Source: Octopus sinensis (taxonomy: Eukaryota). From it: a stretch of 64,000 nt of DNA. The first letter of the stretch is position 1. Each line of letters begins with the position of its first letter. Below the pieces are notes generated by a model, which worked only from the letters and a program-made list of their open reading frames with translations, did not search any database and was not told the DNA's origin. Shown here piece by piece: positions 63,967 to 64,000 of the stretch. The translations under genes and the position numbers were made by a program. Location of the stretch: contig NC_043009.1 of NCBI RefSeq assembly GCF_006345805.1, positions 54,560,001-54,624,000 of the forward strand. Reading direction: 5' to 3'.

Positions 63967-64000
63967 GTGGAGGCGCAATAGCCCTGTAGTTAGGGCAGCA
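63967..64000 (+). mobile_element. SINE family B head, cut by the window end
   Basis: gtggaggcgcaatagccctgtagttagggcagca. Confidence 0.8.

Overview
Repeat-saturated, AT-rich, microsatellite-rich metazoan DNA with one 100-N assembly gap (3880-3979). The SINE families and repeat load resemble an octopus genome (inference from recalled family sequences, not a search). No intact host gene, true tRNA/rRNA gene or CRISPR array can be supported; nearly all long ORFs in the track are translated simple repeats or decayed transposon frames. The window is a layered graveyard of mobile elements. Retroelements: about 9 fragments of R4/Dong-type REL LINEs (several bounded by (TAA)n), a HERO-clade LINE, CR1/L2-type and probable L1/Tx1 fragments, two RTE-type 5'UTR motifs, and at least four tRNA-derived SINE families (labelled A-D here). 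DNA elements: three mariner derivatives, a Tc1-like element, a 2.8-kb hAT/Buster element, two non-autonomous Helitrons, a Helentron-type end and a 503-bp fold-back MITE. The most interesting structures are a five-copy SINE tandem array with a polarised mutation gradient, a recurrent dimeric SINE junction, a ~560-bp non-coding element embedded in (TAA)n, a minisatellite whose monomers each carry a GTACTC-N22-GAGTAC inverted repeat, several fold-back or template-switch palindromes, candidate ribozyme relics and one weak candidate exon. Protein-family calls rest on manual translation and remembered motifs and should be confirmed with HMM/Dfam searches. Boundaries of decayed elements are approximate.
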